A stretch of DNA of 64,000 bases from Tubiluchus corallicola. Lineage: Eukaryota; Animalia; Priapulida. The stretch is from the NCBI GenBank assembly GCA_030141605.1, contig JAQGDQ010000029.1, positions 744,001-808,000 on the forward strand. The letters are read 5' to 3'. A program made the translations under genes and the position numbers. Shown here piece after piece: positions 12,622 to 25,336 of the stretch (position 1 is its first letter; every line of letters starts with the position of its first letter). The notes under the pieces were generated by a model. The model had not been told where the DNA came from. It did no database searches and saw only the letters and a list, made by a program, of their open reading frames with translations.

Positions 12622-14710
12622 AATTAAAAAATGAATGTTAAATCTAAAATGGCGTTAAATTTAAATGATACGTTAGTCTTAGGCAAATTCTTCCACTCGA
12701 AAGATTTCCATTTTCATGCAGCAAGCATGTCTAAAAAGTAACTTCATTTTAGACATATTTTGCTCCTAAGATCTTGGCCAGGCTGGCGCACTAATTATGA
12801 ATGGCTTGTTCTACGATTCTACACGTGCAGTCATGCGCCTTGGTACATTGCACAGTGTAGTCTAGAAATTCTAGACGGGATTATAGTACTATGTTACTAA
12901 TTCTATAATTTTGATAATAATGCTATCCGGTGCTTTGTCAGTTATGACAATAATTGGCAATTAGTTAGCCATTTTTTATCTTGGCCAGCAGTTTTTTATA
13001 ATTCTTTCTGTTCATTTAAACTGTTTATGTAAATAAAAATCCAAATTTTCACAATGTCTAATATTATGAAAAAGTACACAGTTCTGATTGTTTAAAATAC
13101 AAGATATAATTTTGCAGCATAAGAGTGATCAATACAAAAATTCTATAGCACGATTCTTCTAAAGAGCCTTTGCATGGCAGATTAGTGCAAGCGCTTTTTG
13201 ACTGGTTATATTGCTATTCAGTACTCAATTGCTTGTACAGTTTACAAACCTGGCACGCTGATTGGTAATATAAGTGATTTTGGCATGCCAATGGTTAAAA
13301 ATTAAAATGCTCAATTGTTTACTGTGTTGAAACAGCTCATAGCTAATTTCATGTATAGTCAAATTGTAAACTGAAACATTTTTTATTTTTAGTGCCCACA
13401 CATACAGTATTCATTACTATTCAATTGAAATGTGAATCTAATTACATTGGTCGAAGCCCTCGTGGGCTGCCTCTTCACAATGTACAAGTTTTTTGCCTCC
13501 TTTCAGAGACAGCCTGTAATGTGATATCATTGTCTGTTTGTCTTTAATGAATCACAATGACAACAGAAATTAAAATATTATAATGTATTAGTATTATAAC
13601 TGTTGCTCATATTAAGCACACCCTCTTCATTAATAATGTGCATTTTTTTCTCATTATCATCATTCTCATCATCATAATTAATATCTTTATTCTGTTGGTA
13701 TGTGCATGGCTAATAGGCTATATATTTATGTGATACATTCACATAAAAATTGAATGTAGAATTTCCTTGTCTACAGCTACAGCCAAAACTAAAAAACGTC
13801 TAATCAATTTTTCGCTTAGAGAAGCTGTCAAACTAATTACGCTTGTTAACATGATCCGTCTATCCTCCGTCTAACATTATCCATCTAAGTGCTCAAATTA
13901 TAAGAATCATTAAAGTAAGCTAAATTAACTCTTGTAATTTAGGCAATTAGCTTTCATTTTAGTGGTCTTTTAATGCACACTTTGTCTCATAATGCATAAC
14001 AGATGGCGCTCGCGACTTGAAGCTAAAACATGGAGGGCGGCGTAAAACGGGCTGCTGCTGTAGGGCTTCCAAAATTAAGAGAAATTTTACGAAGGCAGAG
14101 ACGAGACTCTGAGGTAGTCTGCTATGAACCTGTAGCCAGAATTTAGTACGGTTAATTTCATGTGAGCAAGTGTAGTGCTCAGAACTGTCCGGTTTCTATG
14201 TTGATTCTCGCAAACTTTGGTTTAAATAATTTTACTTGTCTACAGTTAATTTTGGGACATTTGCAGTAAAGGGCAAAATAATTGAGGATCTAACTATTTT
14301 TGGTCAAACACCTAATAGTAAAAACTTATAGGTATCTAGACGTAGGCGGTAATTTTTGTTTTTAAATGCAGGCCAGTCCTTTTCTGTTTTTGTATTTCTC
14401 GCGCTTTTGTAGCAATAATAATAATAGGCGCTGCTGCAGTTCATGGCGCACGTAAATTTGATAGTCTCTCGTACGTTTTTGTACAAAAGCAGATTTTATA
14501 TTCTGACAAAATAATTTTGGACCACGTATGCAGTTGACATTTATAGTGTTAGATCGTCTGTGCACTGGCAAGCTGTTCATTTTACCGGCAGTCTGTATGA
14601 TTTTGACAAATTGATGATATTGCGGAGGCTTCGTTCAAGTTTTCCCGCCATTTGGAGCTTCACAAAGGAATTCGGTTACCGGTAAACACAGACATACACG
14701 AGCGTACAGA

Positions 14711-15586
14711 ATGACTTCGACAAGCGATCACAACATTACCCTGGATGAGTTTCGACTGTTAAACCCAAAACAAAGAGAAAAAGTCAATAAAAGTGAATTA
14801 CTGAGGCTACTATCAGAATCAGAAATGACACCGCAAGCAGAGTCAGGTCTCGAGGACAGCAGTAAAGGCACTGATCTAGAAAGTCAAGCAGCTATGGAAG
14901 CAAGGATTATTCAACAGGTTAGATTATTAATTTTTCCATTATCCAAGGAAATCTCTGAACTAAAGCAGCTCACAGATCAAGTTAAATCTAGCCAGGACTT
15001 TATAAGCAGCAAATTTGACCAATTTAAAATGGAGACAGATGCTTTAAAAAAGACCACCAATGATCTTACTAAAAAATTAAACGAGCTAGAGAGAAAGCAG
15101 GATGATTTAGACCAGTATGGGCGACGGGACACCCTCATTATCTCCGGTATACCCCAAGCTAGTGATTATGAAAATACTGACGAAATTGTTTGTCAAGTAG
15201 GTCAAGCCCTCAAGGTGAACATCTGTAAAGAGGACATCTCGATCTCCCATCGATTGCCAGGAAAAGAAAGCGCTACAAGACCACCACAGATTATTGTGAA
15301 ATTTATAAAACGGAAAGTAAGAGACTGTTTGTGGCAAAACAAACCCAAGAGAAATGGATCTCTTAAGGCTAGTGATTTAGGGTATGTTTCACATAATCTT
15401 GTGTACATTAGTGAAAGTTTAACTAATCGTAGACGTGTATTACTTAACAAATGTCTCGAACTAAAAAGAAACAAAGTAATCTTGTATGTTTGGACTAAAA
15501 ATGGCCAGATTTTCATCAGGAAAACTGAATCATCTGAACCCTTCCCTGTAAACAATTTTGATGATGTAGATAAATTAAAACACTAA
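14711..15586 (+). CDS. LINE ORF1p (coiled coil + Transposase_22-like RRM + C-terminal FP-like domain)
   Basis: Intact 291-aa ORF; LDQYGRRDTLIISGIP, DISISHRL, PPQIIVKF, VYISESLT, VWTKNGQIFIR motifs typical of L1/L2-type ORF1. Confidence 0.9.
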   Translation: MTSTSDHNITLDEFRLLNPKQREKVNKSELLRLLSESEMTPQAESGLEDSSKGTDLESQAAMEARIIQQVRLLIFPLSKEISELKQLTDQVKSSQDFISSKFDQFKMETDALKKTTNDLTKKLNELERKQDDLDQYGRRDTLIISGIPQASDYENTDEIVCQVGQALKVNICKEDISISHRLPGKESATRPPQIIVKFIKRKVRDCLWQNKPKRNGSLKASDLGYVSHNLVYISESLTNRRRVLLNKCLELKRNKVILYVWTKNGQIFIRKTESSEPFPVNNFDDVDKLKH

Positions 15587-15623
15587 TCACTTCTTCACTC
15601 GTTTCAATCAATATCGTATTGTA

Positions 15624-18600
15624 ATGGTTAGCTTTAATTGTACTAAGTGTAATAAAACTTGCAAAGCAAATCAAAACTCAATTCAATGTGATGTGTGTTT
15701 CCTCTGGACACATCTAAAGTGTACAATGTTGTCTCATCATGATTTTGTAAATTTAGCAAGTTCTAATGACAGTTACTTCTGCCAGCAATGCATTAATGAT
15801 GTGCTTCCTTTGCAGTTCATTGATGATGATGAATTTATGGAAATGACTAATCACTATCAATTTTCTAATTTTGTAAAAGATTTATCTTGCTTTTCATCAA
15901 TTTATGACTCTTCTTCGCTAGTCCACTGTAATAGAGATGATACAGACATCGACAATTATAGACTTCAGTATGACAGTAAATACATTAATCTTGCAAATCT
16001 GAGTAGTGATAAATCCACAGATAAAGCAAACAATGACACATTTATAATACACTTTAACACATCAAGTTTGAGGAAATATTATTCAGACATGACTGATACA
16101 TTAACACAATTTCAAAAAATGCCTGAGTTAATAGCGATCTCGGAAACCAGAATTCACGAATCTGACACTTTTTTATGTAACATTCCAGGATATTCTTTCT
16201 TACATTATGATTCCAATACAGCTGCTGGTGGCGTAGGTGTGTATGTAAAATCTAACCTCAATTTTAAAATTAAACCTGAATACAAAATAAGAACTTGTAA
16301 AAATGCTATTGTTAATGGGATTAGTACAACTAGTAGACTAGCACTTGAGGACCTGTGGCTTGAAATTGCTTCCACCGATAACAAAAAATCTTTTATATTT
16401 GGAATAATATATAGGCATCCAAACACCCCAGTCGAACATTTTCATGACGAATTAGAATCAGTTCTTGGCACTATCAACTCCACAGGCAAACCAGCTTATA
16501 TATGTGGAGACATTAATATAGACTTATATCAACATGATAACAAACCATTTATTAATAAGTATCTCAACATGCTCTTCTCAAATCAATTTACACCAATTAT
16601 CACGCGACCAACTAGAATTACTCCAACGTCACACACCCTAATTGATCATATTTATACTAATAATCTTTCTACACCCATCACATCTGGCATCATTACTAAC
16701 CCCATTGCGGACCACTTGCCAATATTTGCCATTATAAGAAATACTAATCTCCTGCACAACAACATTAAAAAAACAGTCAGATGTACGAGATCATTCAATC
16801 AAGGTAACTTTTTAAGCGAGCTTCAAGTTAATATAAGTAACCTAACACTGAATGATGGCGAAGCAGACATACACTCTTACTGCTCACAATTCATGGACTC
16901 GTTTAAAACATTACTTGACAAACATGCCCCACTCAAAACGTTATCAAGGAAAACTCAAAAACTATAGCTAAACCATGGATCACTCCCGGCATTCTCAATT
17001 CTATTAAAACAAGAAGCCGTATGTATACAACACACAAGTTATCCAACTCACTGTATAAGCAAAATTTATATAAAACATATTCTAACAAACTTAATCACAT
17101 CAAACATGCATCCAAAAAGAAGTATTACTCCCAGATCTTGCTTGCAAACAAAAATAACATGAAACAAACTTGGAGCACTATCAATGAACTTCTCAAAATT
17201 AAAAAAAAGACAGCAAGTATAATGCCAACTAAAGTTCGTTACCAAGGCACAACCTCATGCGACCCGCACCATAAAGCTAATGCTTTTAACAGTTTTTTGC
17301 AAACATTGGTATATCACTGGCATCACGCATAACACAACCCCAAAACTGTAAGTATACAGACTATTTAATGCATCCCCAAGAAAATTCTTTCTATATCACA
17401 CCAGTTAGCGAAATCAAGATTTCCCGAGCTATTGATAGACTAAATCCCAATAAAGCAAAAGGCCCTTATGACATCCCAATTACATATTTCAAAATGTCAA
17501 AAAACATAATCATAGCTCCGCTTACAAATCTGTTTAATGCGTCAATTCTGACTGGGACATTCCCCGACACTTTAAAACTGGCAAAAGTAATCCCCATATA
17601 TAAAAAAGATGATCCAAACGAGCTGAACAACTACCGACCTATCTCACTCATATCACCCATTGCCAAAATTTTTGAGTCAATTTTATATAAACGCCTGATG
17701 ACATATTTAATCAAAAATGATACAATATCGTGTTTTCAATTCGGTTTCCGCAAAAATCATTCCACAATATTAGCAACTGCTGAAATCATAGACAATCTTC
17801 TGACAAACCTAGAACAATAAATTACTTACCTGCGGCATCTTTCTTGATTTAACAAAAGCTTTTGACACCGTTCAACACGACATTCTACTCAACAAAATGG
17901 ACTATTATGGTATCCGTGGAATCACGCAAAAACTATTCCAGTCATATCTTACGAACAGACACCAATTTACGGTAGTTGACAATTTTGCCTCTGACCTATG
18001 CTCAATACAATGTGGTGTACCTCAAGGATCCACCTTGGGTCCACTTCTTTTCCTGATATATATAAATGACCTCCCTCTTTGTACTAACATGCAAACACGA
18101 CTTTTTGCTGATGACACTAACCTCTTCTTAGCAGACAACGATACGCAAAATCTTGAGCTTAAAAGTAATGAAGAACTGATCAAAATTAACACATGGATGC
18201 GTACAAATAAGTTAACAGTAAACTATAATAAAACAAAATTTATGATCATAAGAAATAAATTTGAAAACAATGAAAACTCCATTATAACAGTATCCATGCA
18301 AGACTGTTTATTAGAACAAGTATCAGACATAAAATATCTGGGCGTCTACATAGATCACACCCTTAATTGGTCAACACACATAAAAAATATTACCTACAAA
18401 GTAAGCAAAGTTACAGGTATATTTTTTAAATTGAGGCATTACTTGAGCACGGATATACTAAAAATGATTTACTTTGCCATTGTGTACCCACACATTAACT
18501 ATTGTATCTTATCGTGGGGCACAGCAAAAAAATCTGTTTTGAAACCACTTACAGCAGCACATAACAAAATTATCAAAACAATGACTTTTGCTGGGTTCCG

Positions 18601-18945
18601 AGATCATGCTACCCCCTCCTATTATGCTTTGCAATTATTAAAAATTAATGAAATTTATAAGCTTGAGTTAGCGAAATTCATGTTCAACTATAAAAAGGGC
18701 ATTCTACCTAAATTATACGGCAATTATTTCAAAAAGATTAGTGACGTTCACCAGTATTCTACGAGAGCAGCTACCAAACAAAACTATTTTCAGGAAAGAT
18801 TTAACACAACAAAAGGTTTACAAACTTTAAAACATAATGGTACAGTTCTATGGAATACTCTTTCAGATGATCTTAAGCAATCAACTAGTATCTGTCACTT
18901 AAGTAAATTATATAAATGTCAACTCTTGCAAACNNNNNNNNTGAA
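15624..18945 (+). pseudogene. LINE ORF2p (PHD finger, AP endonuclease, reverse transcriptase) with three frameshifts
   Basis: PHD CTKC...IQCDVC..WTHLKC...YFCQQC; APE motifs ISET, GGVGVY, IYRHP, GDIN, TLIDHI, DHLP; RT motifs YRPISL, QFGFR, DLTKAFDTV, GVPQGSTLGPLLF, FADD. Frame changes at ~16966, ~17295 (T run) and ~17817; N gap at 18933-18941. Confidence 0.92.
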
Positions 18946-19461
18946 CAACTTTTATTCCTTTTGCAAGAGCAGTTACTGTTATAGCAGGATCAATTAACTT
19001 CCATATTTAATTGTTTATTGTCTAACTTCTGTAGATCATTTTCAAAGTCTGGACTCCAATTGTCAATCTCCTCATGCAGTCATACAGGTAATTTTTTGTG
19101 CTCTAACTATCTGCCAATTTATTTTACATCAGATCATCAAAAATCGCTCTGTATTTTTTTTTTTTTTTTTTTACATTATGCTTGCGTTATAAAGTAAATT
19201 TCAGTTGCCATTGTTATTATGTTCCTGATGTCAGATTTTTATTTCAGTTCTTGTTTCAGTCCTTATTTCAGTTATCTTCAGTTTGATTTTTTTATTATTA
19301 TTATTATGCACTTATTATTACTGTGTATGAATTGTACTAACACATTATAAGCATATCATTATCAATTTTATGTCATTCCTAACAATTTAATTTTTATTAT
19401 AAGCAGTACTAACACTAATACACTGTAGCATAGCGCCTTTAAAAAATGTTCATCACTAACC

Positions 19462-19506
19462 AAAGGGCAGCTGACTAGATGACCAATTGGTCTTTCGCTG
19501 CCCTTT
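19462..19506 (+). other. LINE 3' UTR stem-loop (putative RT recognition element)
   Basis: aaagggcagc (19462-19471) pairs perfectly with gctgcccttt (19497-19506), enclosing the palindrome gaccaattggtc; 65 nt before the (TTA)n tail. Confidence 0.7.
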
Positions 19507-19569
19507 CTTCACATTTTTGTTGCTAAATTAATTGTATTGTAACTGTGTGTGTTAAAAGATAAATAAAAG

Positions 19570-19602
<33 letters not shown>

Positions 19603-19824
19603 GCCAAAGATTTATGAACTTACAACCAGAGGCTCGCCTTAGCTACTTTTCAACGATAATATAAGTATTTTAACGAGAATTTATTCTAACCTGAAGACAC
19701 ATCCCATTCATATTATTATACTGGTAAACATCCATCGCAAAAATGGCCTAAAAATTAATGCAGTCGCAGAAACATGGCTTTCTAATTGGGATAGTTAGAA
19801 TTTGTGTTACTATGAACGATTTGC

Positions 19825-21262
19825 GATCTACCGATTTCGCCACTTTACGTTCGTCTCGCCACTACTACGCTTCGCCACTACTACGCTTCGCCATTACTAC
19901 GATTCGCCGTTACTACGATTCGCCACTACTACGATTTGCCACTACTACATTTCGCCACCACTACGATTCGTCACTAACGCGTTTCGCCACTACTACGCTT
20001 CGCCACTACTACGATACGTCACTGCTACGGTACGCCACTAGTGTATAGGTCGCCAACAAAATTGTTTTACTATGTTAATACATTATCACTTTAACAAAAA
20101 TATTTCAGTTCGTCCCTACTATGATTCGCCACTACTAAGATTCGACAATACTACGATTCGGCACTGTCACGGTTCGCCACTACTACATAGTAAAATTTAT
20201 TTGCTATATGTGATTACCTTATCCCCTTCACAAAAGTGTTTTAGTTCGGCCACTATTACGTTTCGCCAACAAAATTTCTTTACTATGTTCATACCTTGTG
20301 ACTTTCACAAGTGTACGGTTCGCTATTACTACGATTAGCTACTACTACGGTTTCGCCACTAATACATTTCGCCAGTAAAATTTCTTTGCGATGTGTTTTT
20401 ACCTCATGTTACTAACAGGAAACAGCTAAGCACCCTCAAGTCTATATACTATACTTGATCTATAAAACAACATATTTTAAACGTTCTATGAACCGAAGCC
20501 ATAAGTTGTACAGAGGCGTGCGATACTTCACTTGATTCGACATCAAACGTAGAACGTGATGCAGTGCCAGAAAAGGATGTCCAATCGAAAAGTTGACCTT
20601 CACAATCTGTTGTTATTTTCATTCTGCGCTGTTTAGTTTCCGAGATGCAGATCTTTTTGAAATAACTCAAAAATTAGGTAGGGTTCTTGACCAATTTGGT
20701 ATGCGTGTAGCCAAGGTAGAGGGACATCTTAGCATATAATTTCGGGACGTGGCCGTTTGACCCGCCTGAGTTATGACCCAAAAATCGTCAAAATATGTCC
20801 ATTTTTGAGAAGCCATTATTCCCACACCAAAACGGCAAACGTAAAATACCATGCCTTGGCTACCTACAGCCGGCTCCGCTTTGTCGAACCCTGAACTACT
20901 GCCATTTTATAGGGCCTCAAACATGTCCGTTTAGCGAAAAAACATATTTCTCTCTAATTATATACATTAATATGTGTACCAGGTGTCGACATGACCAAAC
21001 TTGGGAAGCCATATCTCCTGGACGAAGGCATTCGAAATCACGTTCATATTCGCCTGGATTTTCTCGTAACAATTCTTTAAAGTAACAAGGTATTAACATA
21101 GTAAAGAAATTTTGTCGGCGAACTATACACTAGTGGTGAAATTTAGCAGTGGCGAATCTTAGTAGTGACGAATCGAAGTAGTGGCGAAATGTAGTAGTGG
21201 CGAATCGTGGTAGTGGCGAATCGAAATAGTGGTGAGCCGGAGAGTGGCGAAGTGAAACAATC
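19825..21262. mobile_element. Foldback/MULE-like non-autonomous DNA transposon with long inverted arms made of 16-bp tandem repeats
   Basis: Unit TTCGCCACTACTACGA repeated on + at 19836-20040 and in further blocks to ~20375, and inverted at 21115-21251. Inner arm 20031-20093 matches the reverse complement of 21076-21140. Confidence 0.8.
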
Positions 21263-21913
21263 TAAATTGAAACTGCTTATGGTGCTGCAATAGTGAAGAT
21301 GATATCGAAGTGATCAAGTGTTCACCATTATGACAGCTAACAACTCACACTTAGCAACTTATTCTTGCGAAATATTACTTTCATTCCACATATGTACTTA
21401 AACCCATACGCATATAACCAACCACAAAAGTGAACGAGTGTCACCACGATTTGGTAATTCTTTCCTGACGAAATGAAAGACAATTGCTTAGGTACCGTGT
21501 TACGCCGCGCATTGCATGCTACAAATTGCTAGCCCTTGCATAACATAGACTGTCAATACGACAATTATGAAACGACAATAAATATATTTTTAGGTGTCAT
21601 GTTGTATATGTCACGTATCATGTGTTGCGCATTGCCAACACTTACATGATAATAGAATTGCACCACGCAGTGATAAAGTAGCACAGGTAATTCGTACAAA
21701 CGCTGAGTAATCACGTATATGCTTGACTACAGTAGTACCCAACTGTGGCGAGCCTAGTCTCTAATTGACAGAAAAATTGCATCTGGTCATTTCGTTTATC
21801 ATACTGACTCTAACCTGCTTTTGTCGTTGAGGGAGTGAATATTAAGCCTACATCCAAATAACACCTAGGTACCTTAAAGTACTTTTACAGTCTACTAGTT
21901 CAGTGTTTCATGT

Positions 21914-22341
21914 TAAAGTTGAAACAAAATAAGTTCCAGTCCCGCTACACACATTTAACACAAATAGTAGGCTCTGCCGTTTTAAACACTGGATTCTTAA
22001 GTGAACTGAACTGCAAAAATACAATCTGAAAATGCCTGTGTAAAAGTCTAAAACAAAAACGTATATGATTATTTATATGATCGAATAAAACCATCTAAAA
22101 ATTATTTTAATGCTGATGCTGTCACTAAAGTTGAAACAAAATAAGTTCCAGTCCCGCTACACACATTTAACACAAATAGTAGGCTCTGCCGTTTTAAACA
22201 CTGGATTCTTAAGTGAACTGAACTGCAAAAATACAATCTGAAAATGCCTGTGTAAAAGTCTAAAACAAAAACGTATATGATTATTTATATGATCGAATAA
22301 AACCATCTAAAAATTATTTTAATGCTGATGCTGTCACTAAA
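21914..22341. repeat. Tandem duplication, 212-bp unit x2
   Basis: Copies start at 21914 and 22126 and read identical by eye; TAAA microhomology at the junctions. Confidence 0.9.
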
Positions 22342-22529
22342 ATTTATAAGCTATCGTTTTAATTTTTCCAATCCACTTATCTAGAAATTACGACACAACA
22401 TTTAGCTTCATTTAGGCAACTAAACAATCACTAGACAAAACAACCAATGTAATTATTGTAGTTTTTTCTAAAACTGTTTTTGTGAATTTTTTAACAGCAA
22501 CATATTTTCTTCCTCCTTACAAGTATGGG

Positions 22530-22685
22530 TTCTTGCTGTTGTCATTGTCGTTGTCGCTGCTGGTGTTGCGACTGCTGTTTCTGTTTCTGTTGCTCCAGCT
22601 GCTGTTGCTGTTGCTGTTGTTATTGTTGCTACTGCGGTTGCTACTGTTGCCGTTGCCATTGTCGTTGTTGCTGTTGTTGTTGCTT
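22530..22685. repeat. Compound (GTT/GCT)n microsatellite
   Basis: Direct reading. Confidence 0.9.
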
Positions 22686-22929
22686 TCACTAATATAATCG
22701 TTTTTTCAGTTGTTTATAGTATAACAATACATAAGAACAGTTGCGTAAAATGTAATAATAAAGGTCCCTTGCAACTTAATTTACGCGTTCTTGTTGACAA
22801 TTTGTAGTATTACATGTGGCTTCTGTTTATTCTGCGTAGGTTCTTACTCTAATTTGAACTGTATTGATCTCTGAACAAAATGTGCTAACCACTGATTCTC
22901 AGCACCAGAACTGTATTGATGCTTGAGCA

Positions 22930-23830
22930 AAACCAAGCAAGAAATTAGTGCTTTGGTCCAAGAAGTTAACCAGTGGATTTAGCCAACATCTAGATCGTGT
23001 CTCGATCTCATTGTAACTAATGTCCCAAACCAGTCTGTGCTAACATTCATTGAAGACACGTGGAAACACCGTCCAGTTTTGGACCAAATGAAATTTCTTC
23101 AAAATAAAATGCATAGTTTTAGCAGAAGAGTTTGGAACTATTCAAATCTTGATATCGTGTCTTTCTTAAACCATTTACGCGGCGAAAATTGGGACGCATG
23201 TATGTCTGAGGAAGTAAATCTGTTACGTGAAATTGCTATGAAAACTTTTTACGATATTTACTCTCTGCACATACCAAACCAATCTGTCTAACATAAAGAG
23301 ATGACTCTTGGATGTCTTCTAATATACGATCTTTGTAGCGTAAAAGAAACGGATTGTACAAAATATTTAAGATAATTTTCAACACAGGGCATTGGGATCA
23401 GTTGAAAAATGTTAGAAATGTAACGGTTGCTGAAATCAGGAAAACGTGTTTTTTATAAAAAATAAAGCTAATCAGTTAAGTCAGCAAGCAAATTCCAAAA
23501 ACTGGTACAAGCTAGTAAAAATAATTTTATAATAATATAAAGTCACCACATCTATACTCCCGGTTTTAGACACAAATTGTAATTTATTAACTGCTGATTC
23601 CAAATTCCAAAGCCAATGTATTTAACAACTATTTTGTATCTCAGACTATATTAAATGACAACAATGTTGTTCCACCTGGGTTGTGACTACTGACAGACGT
23701 TTTTCGATCAGTTATAATTGTAAATCAAACTAATGTCATGGATTGCGGACTTGAAAATATAAGCACTAAGAAGCTTAAATTAGCTGCACCAGTTCAGACG
23801 CTTAGCTAATCTTTTTGATTTGTCTCTGTC
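22930..23830 (+). mobile_element. Decayed CR1/L2-group LINE ORF2 fragment (end of endonuclease and linker)
   Basis: Fragments SCLDLIVTN, HRPV, RRVWNYSNLD, SWMSSNIR..RKRN, KNWYKLVK, KANVFNNYF with stops and frameshifts. Confidence 0.75.
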
Positions 23831-24182
23831 AAAAAAATGAAAATTTGTATGGACACAAATAGTTGGGATTAATTTTAACTAACCATTTTTCGTGGAAATA
23901 TTTTGGCAAAACACATATTGTTATACAGTGTACTGGTAGAATACTGTGATTGTATTTAGGGTAATTGCACACATTCATGCTCAGCAGATCATGCTGCACT
24001 GATTGTTTCTGGGGTGGTATTTGATGTAGCATTTATTGACGATTTACACGCCATGCAATTACAATTGCAATAACAAGTTACAAAACATTACATAAGCAAT
24101 GCAATACACTACAATGAAAAAAATACACAGACAAAACCCCGCACATGGGGTATAATCGTCAACACAATATACAGTAAAACAC

Positions 24183-24193
24183 AATAATAATAC

Positions 24194-24253
<60 letters not shown>

Positions 24254-25265
24254 CAGTATTACAATTATATTATATTATGTTAAGTTATTTTACAAAGTTT
24301 AGTGCACAACGAATTTTAGAATTGCAGTTATATATTACAACAAATTTAGACTGTAGAACATACTATTATACTAAAATTACGTTTTACAAAATAGTAACTT
24401 ACATTTAAAGTGAAGTGCTAGAATTAATGTACATAATGAAGATCTTACACTATTAAATAAAACAACAAGTAAACACAATTTTATAAATTGCGTTTTATAA
24501 TAAAACACTCAGTAATATATCTTGACACTGAATTTGTCATTTCAAAATCACTACCTTTTGACAGCAAAATAACTTTTGGTCCATAGGTAGATTAATAAAA
24601 GTAGGAAAAATTTTCGCAATAGAACAGAATAAATTTAACCGTAGATGATGGTAATTTTTACAGCCAAATGCAAAATGCATTTCATTTTCGATTTTTCCTT
24701 CATTACAATGTTTGTTAACAGGTATTTTGGGTATACAGTGTCAGCCTTTTTCTATATACAAGTTGTGAGAACTGATACGTAGTTTAGGAAAGTTCGATCT
24801 TGGTACATGATTATGTATAAAAAGAAGATACTTTTCGGCTTCAAATTCTTGCTTAAATTTTGTATGGGTTCTTGGTTTATTAGTTTCGTCTGTTTTGCCC
24901 GTTTCTTTTGTAGCACATTCCTTCCAGTAAATTTTATAATCTATTTGCAGTTTCTCCTTCAAAGCATGTAGAAAAGGTTTGGTTTGATTGACCCCTTGCT
25001 GTTCCCAAATATGAGAAAAGCCCAAATGACGTAAAATGTTTCTTACAAATTGTAACCAACATCCCGTAATTTGGTTAAGAAGATTTTAATTTTCTTCGTA
25101 GGTTCGGTATATCAATGTATTTTGTGGAGAGTTCAATATTTTAAGCCAGTATTTTATTGTCCTGATTATAACGTCTACGTATAGAGGGAAACGACCCAGC
25201 TCTCCCTTGACCGCATGATTAACGGAAAATTTATTGACGCCAAGAGCGAACATTTACAAGCATAC
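24183..25265 (-). mobile_element. 5'-truncated non-LTR retrotransposon 3' end (RTE-X-like C-terminus) with a possible (TTA)n tail
   Basis: Minus-strand translation LGVNKFSVNHAVKGELGRFPL...IKYWLKI...GFSHIWEQQ...FEAEKYL...KLRISSHNLYIEKG...CNEGKIENEMHFAFGC; (TAA)n run at 24197-24251 on +. Confidence 0.8.
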
Positions 25266-25293
25266 AACCAGTTTATATGTATGTTTGTAAATT

Positions 25294-25336
25294 TACCACT
25301 GATGATGACACCAGCAGCTAGTCGAAACATCTGGCA
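25294..25336 (+). ncRNA. Minimal type I hammerhead ribozyme (Penelope pLTR / retrozyme-like), probably decayed
   Basis: tacca-CTGATGA-t-GAC[accagcagcta]GTC-GAAAC-ATC-tggca: conserved core boxes, stem II gac/gtc and stem I cca/tgg; followed by AATAAA and a GT-rich tract. Confidence 0.65.

Larger units (their letters stand above)
14025..19602 (+). mobile_element. Near-full-length CR1/L2-group non-LTR retrotransposon (Crack/Daphne/L2-like)
   Basis: ORF1 plus ORF2 (PHD-APE-RT), a 3' UTR stem-loop at 19462-19506, AATAAA and a (TTA)n tail at 19571-19602. The 5' boundary is approximate; no TSD found. Confidence 0.93.

Noticed and set aside
19836-20375. CRISPR-like array, and the repetitive ORFs 19758-20338
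   Set aside because: Repeats are head-to-tail 16-mers with no unique spacers, have an inverted counterpart at 21115-21251, and no cas genes are present; the ORFs are translations of the repeat.
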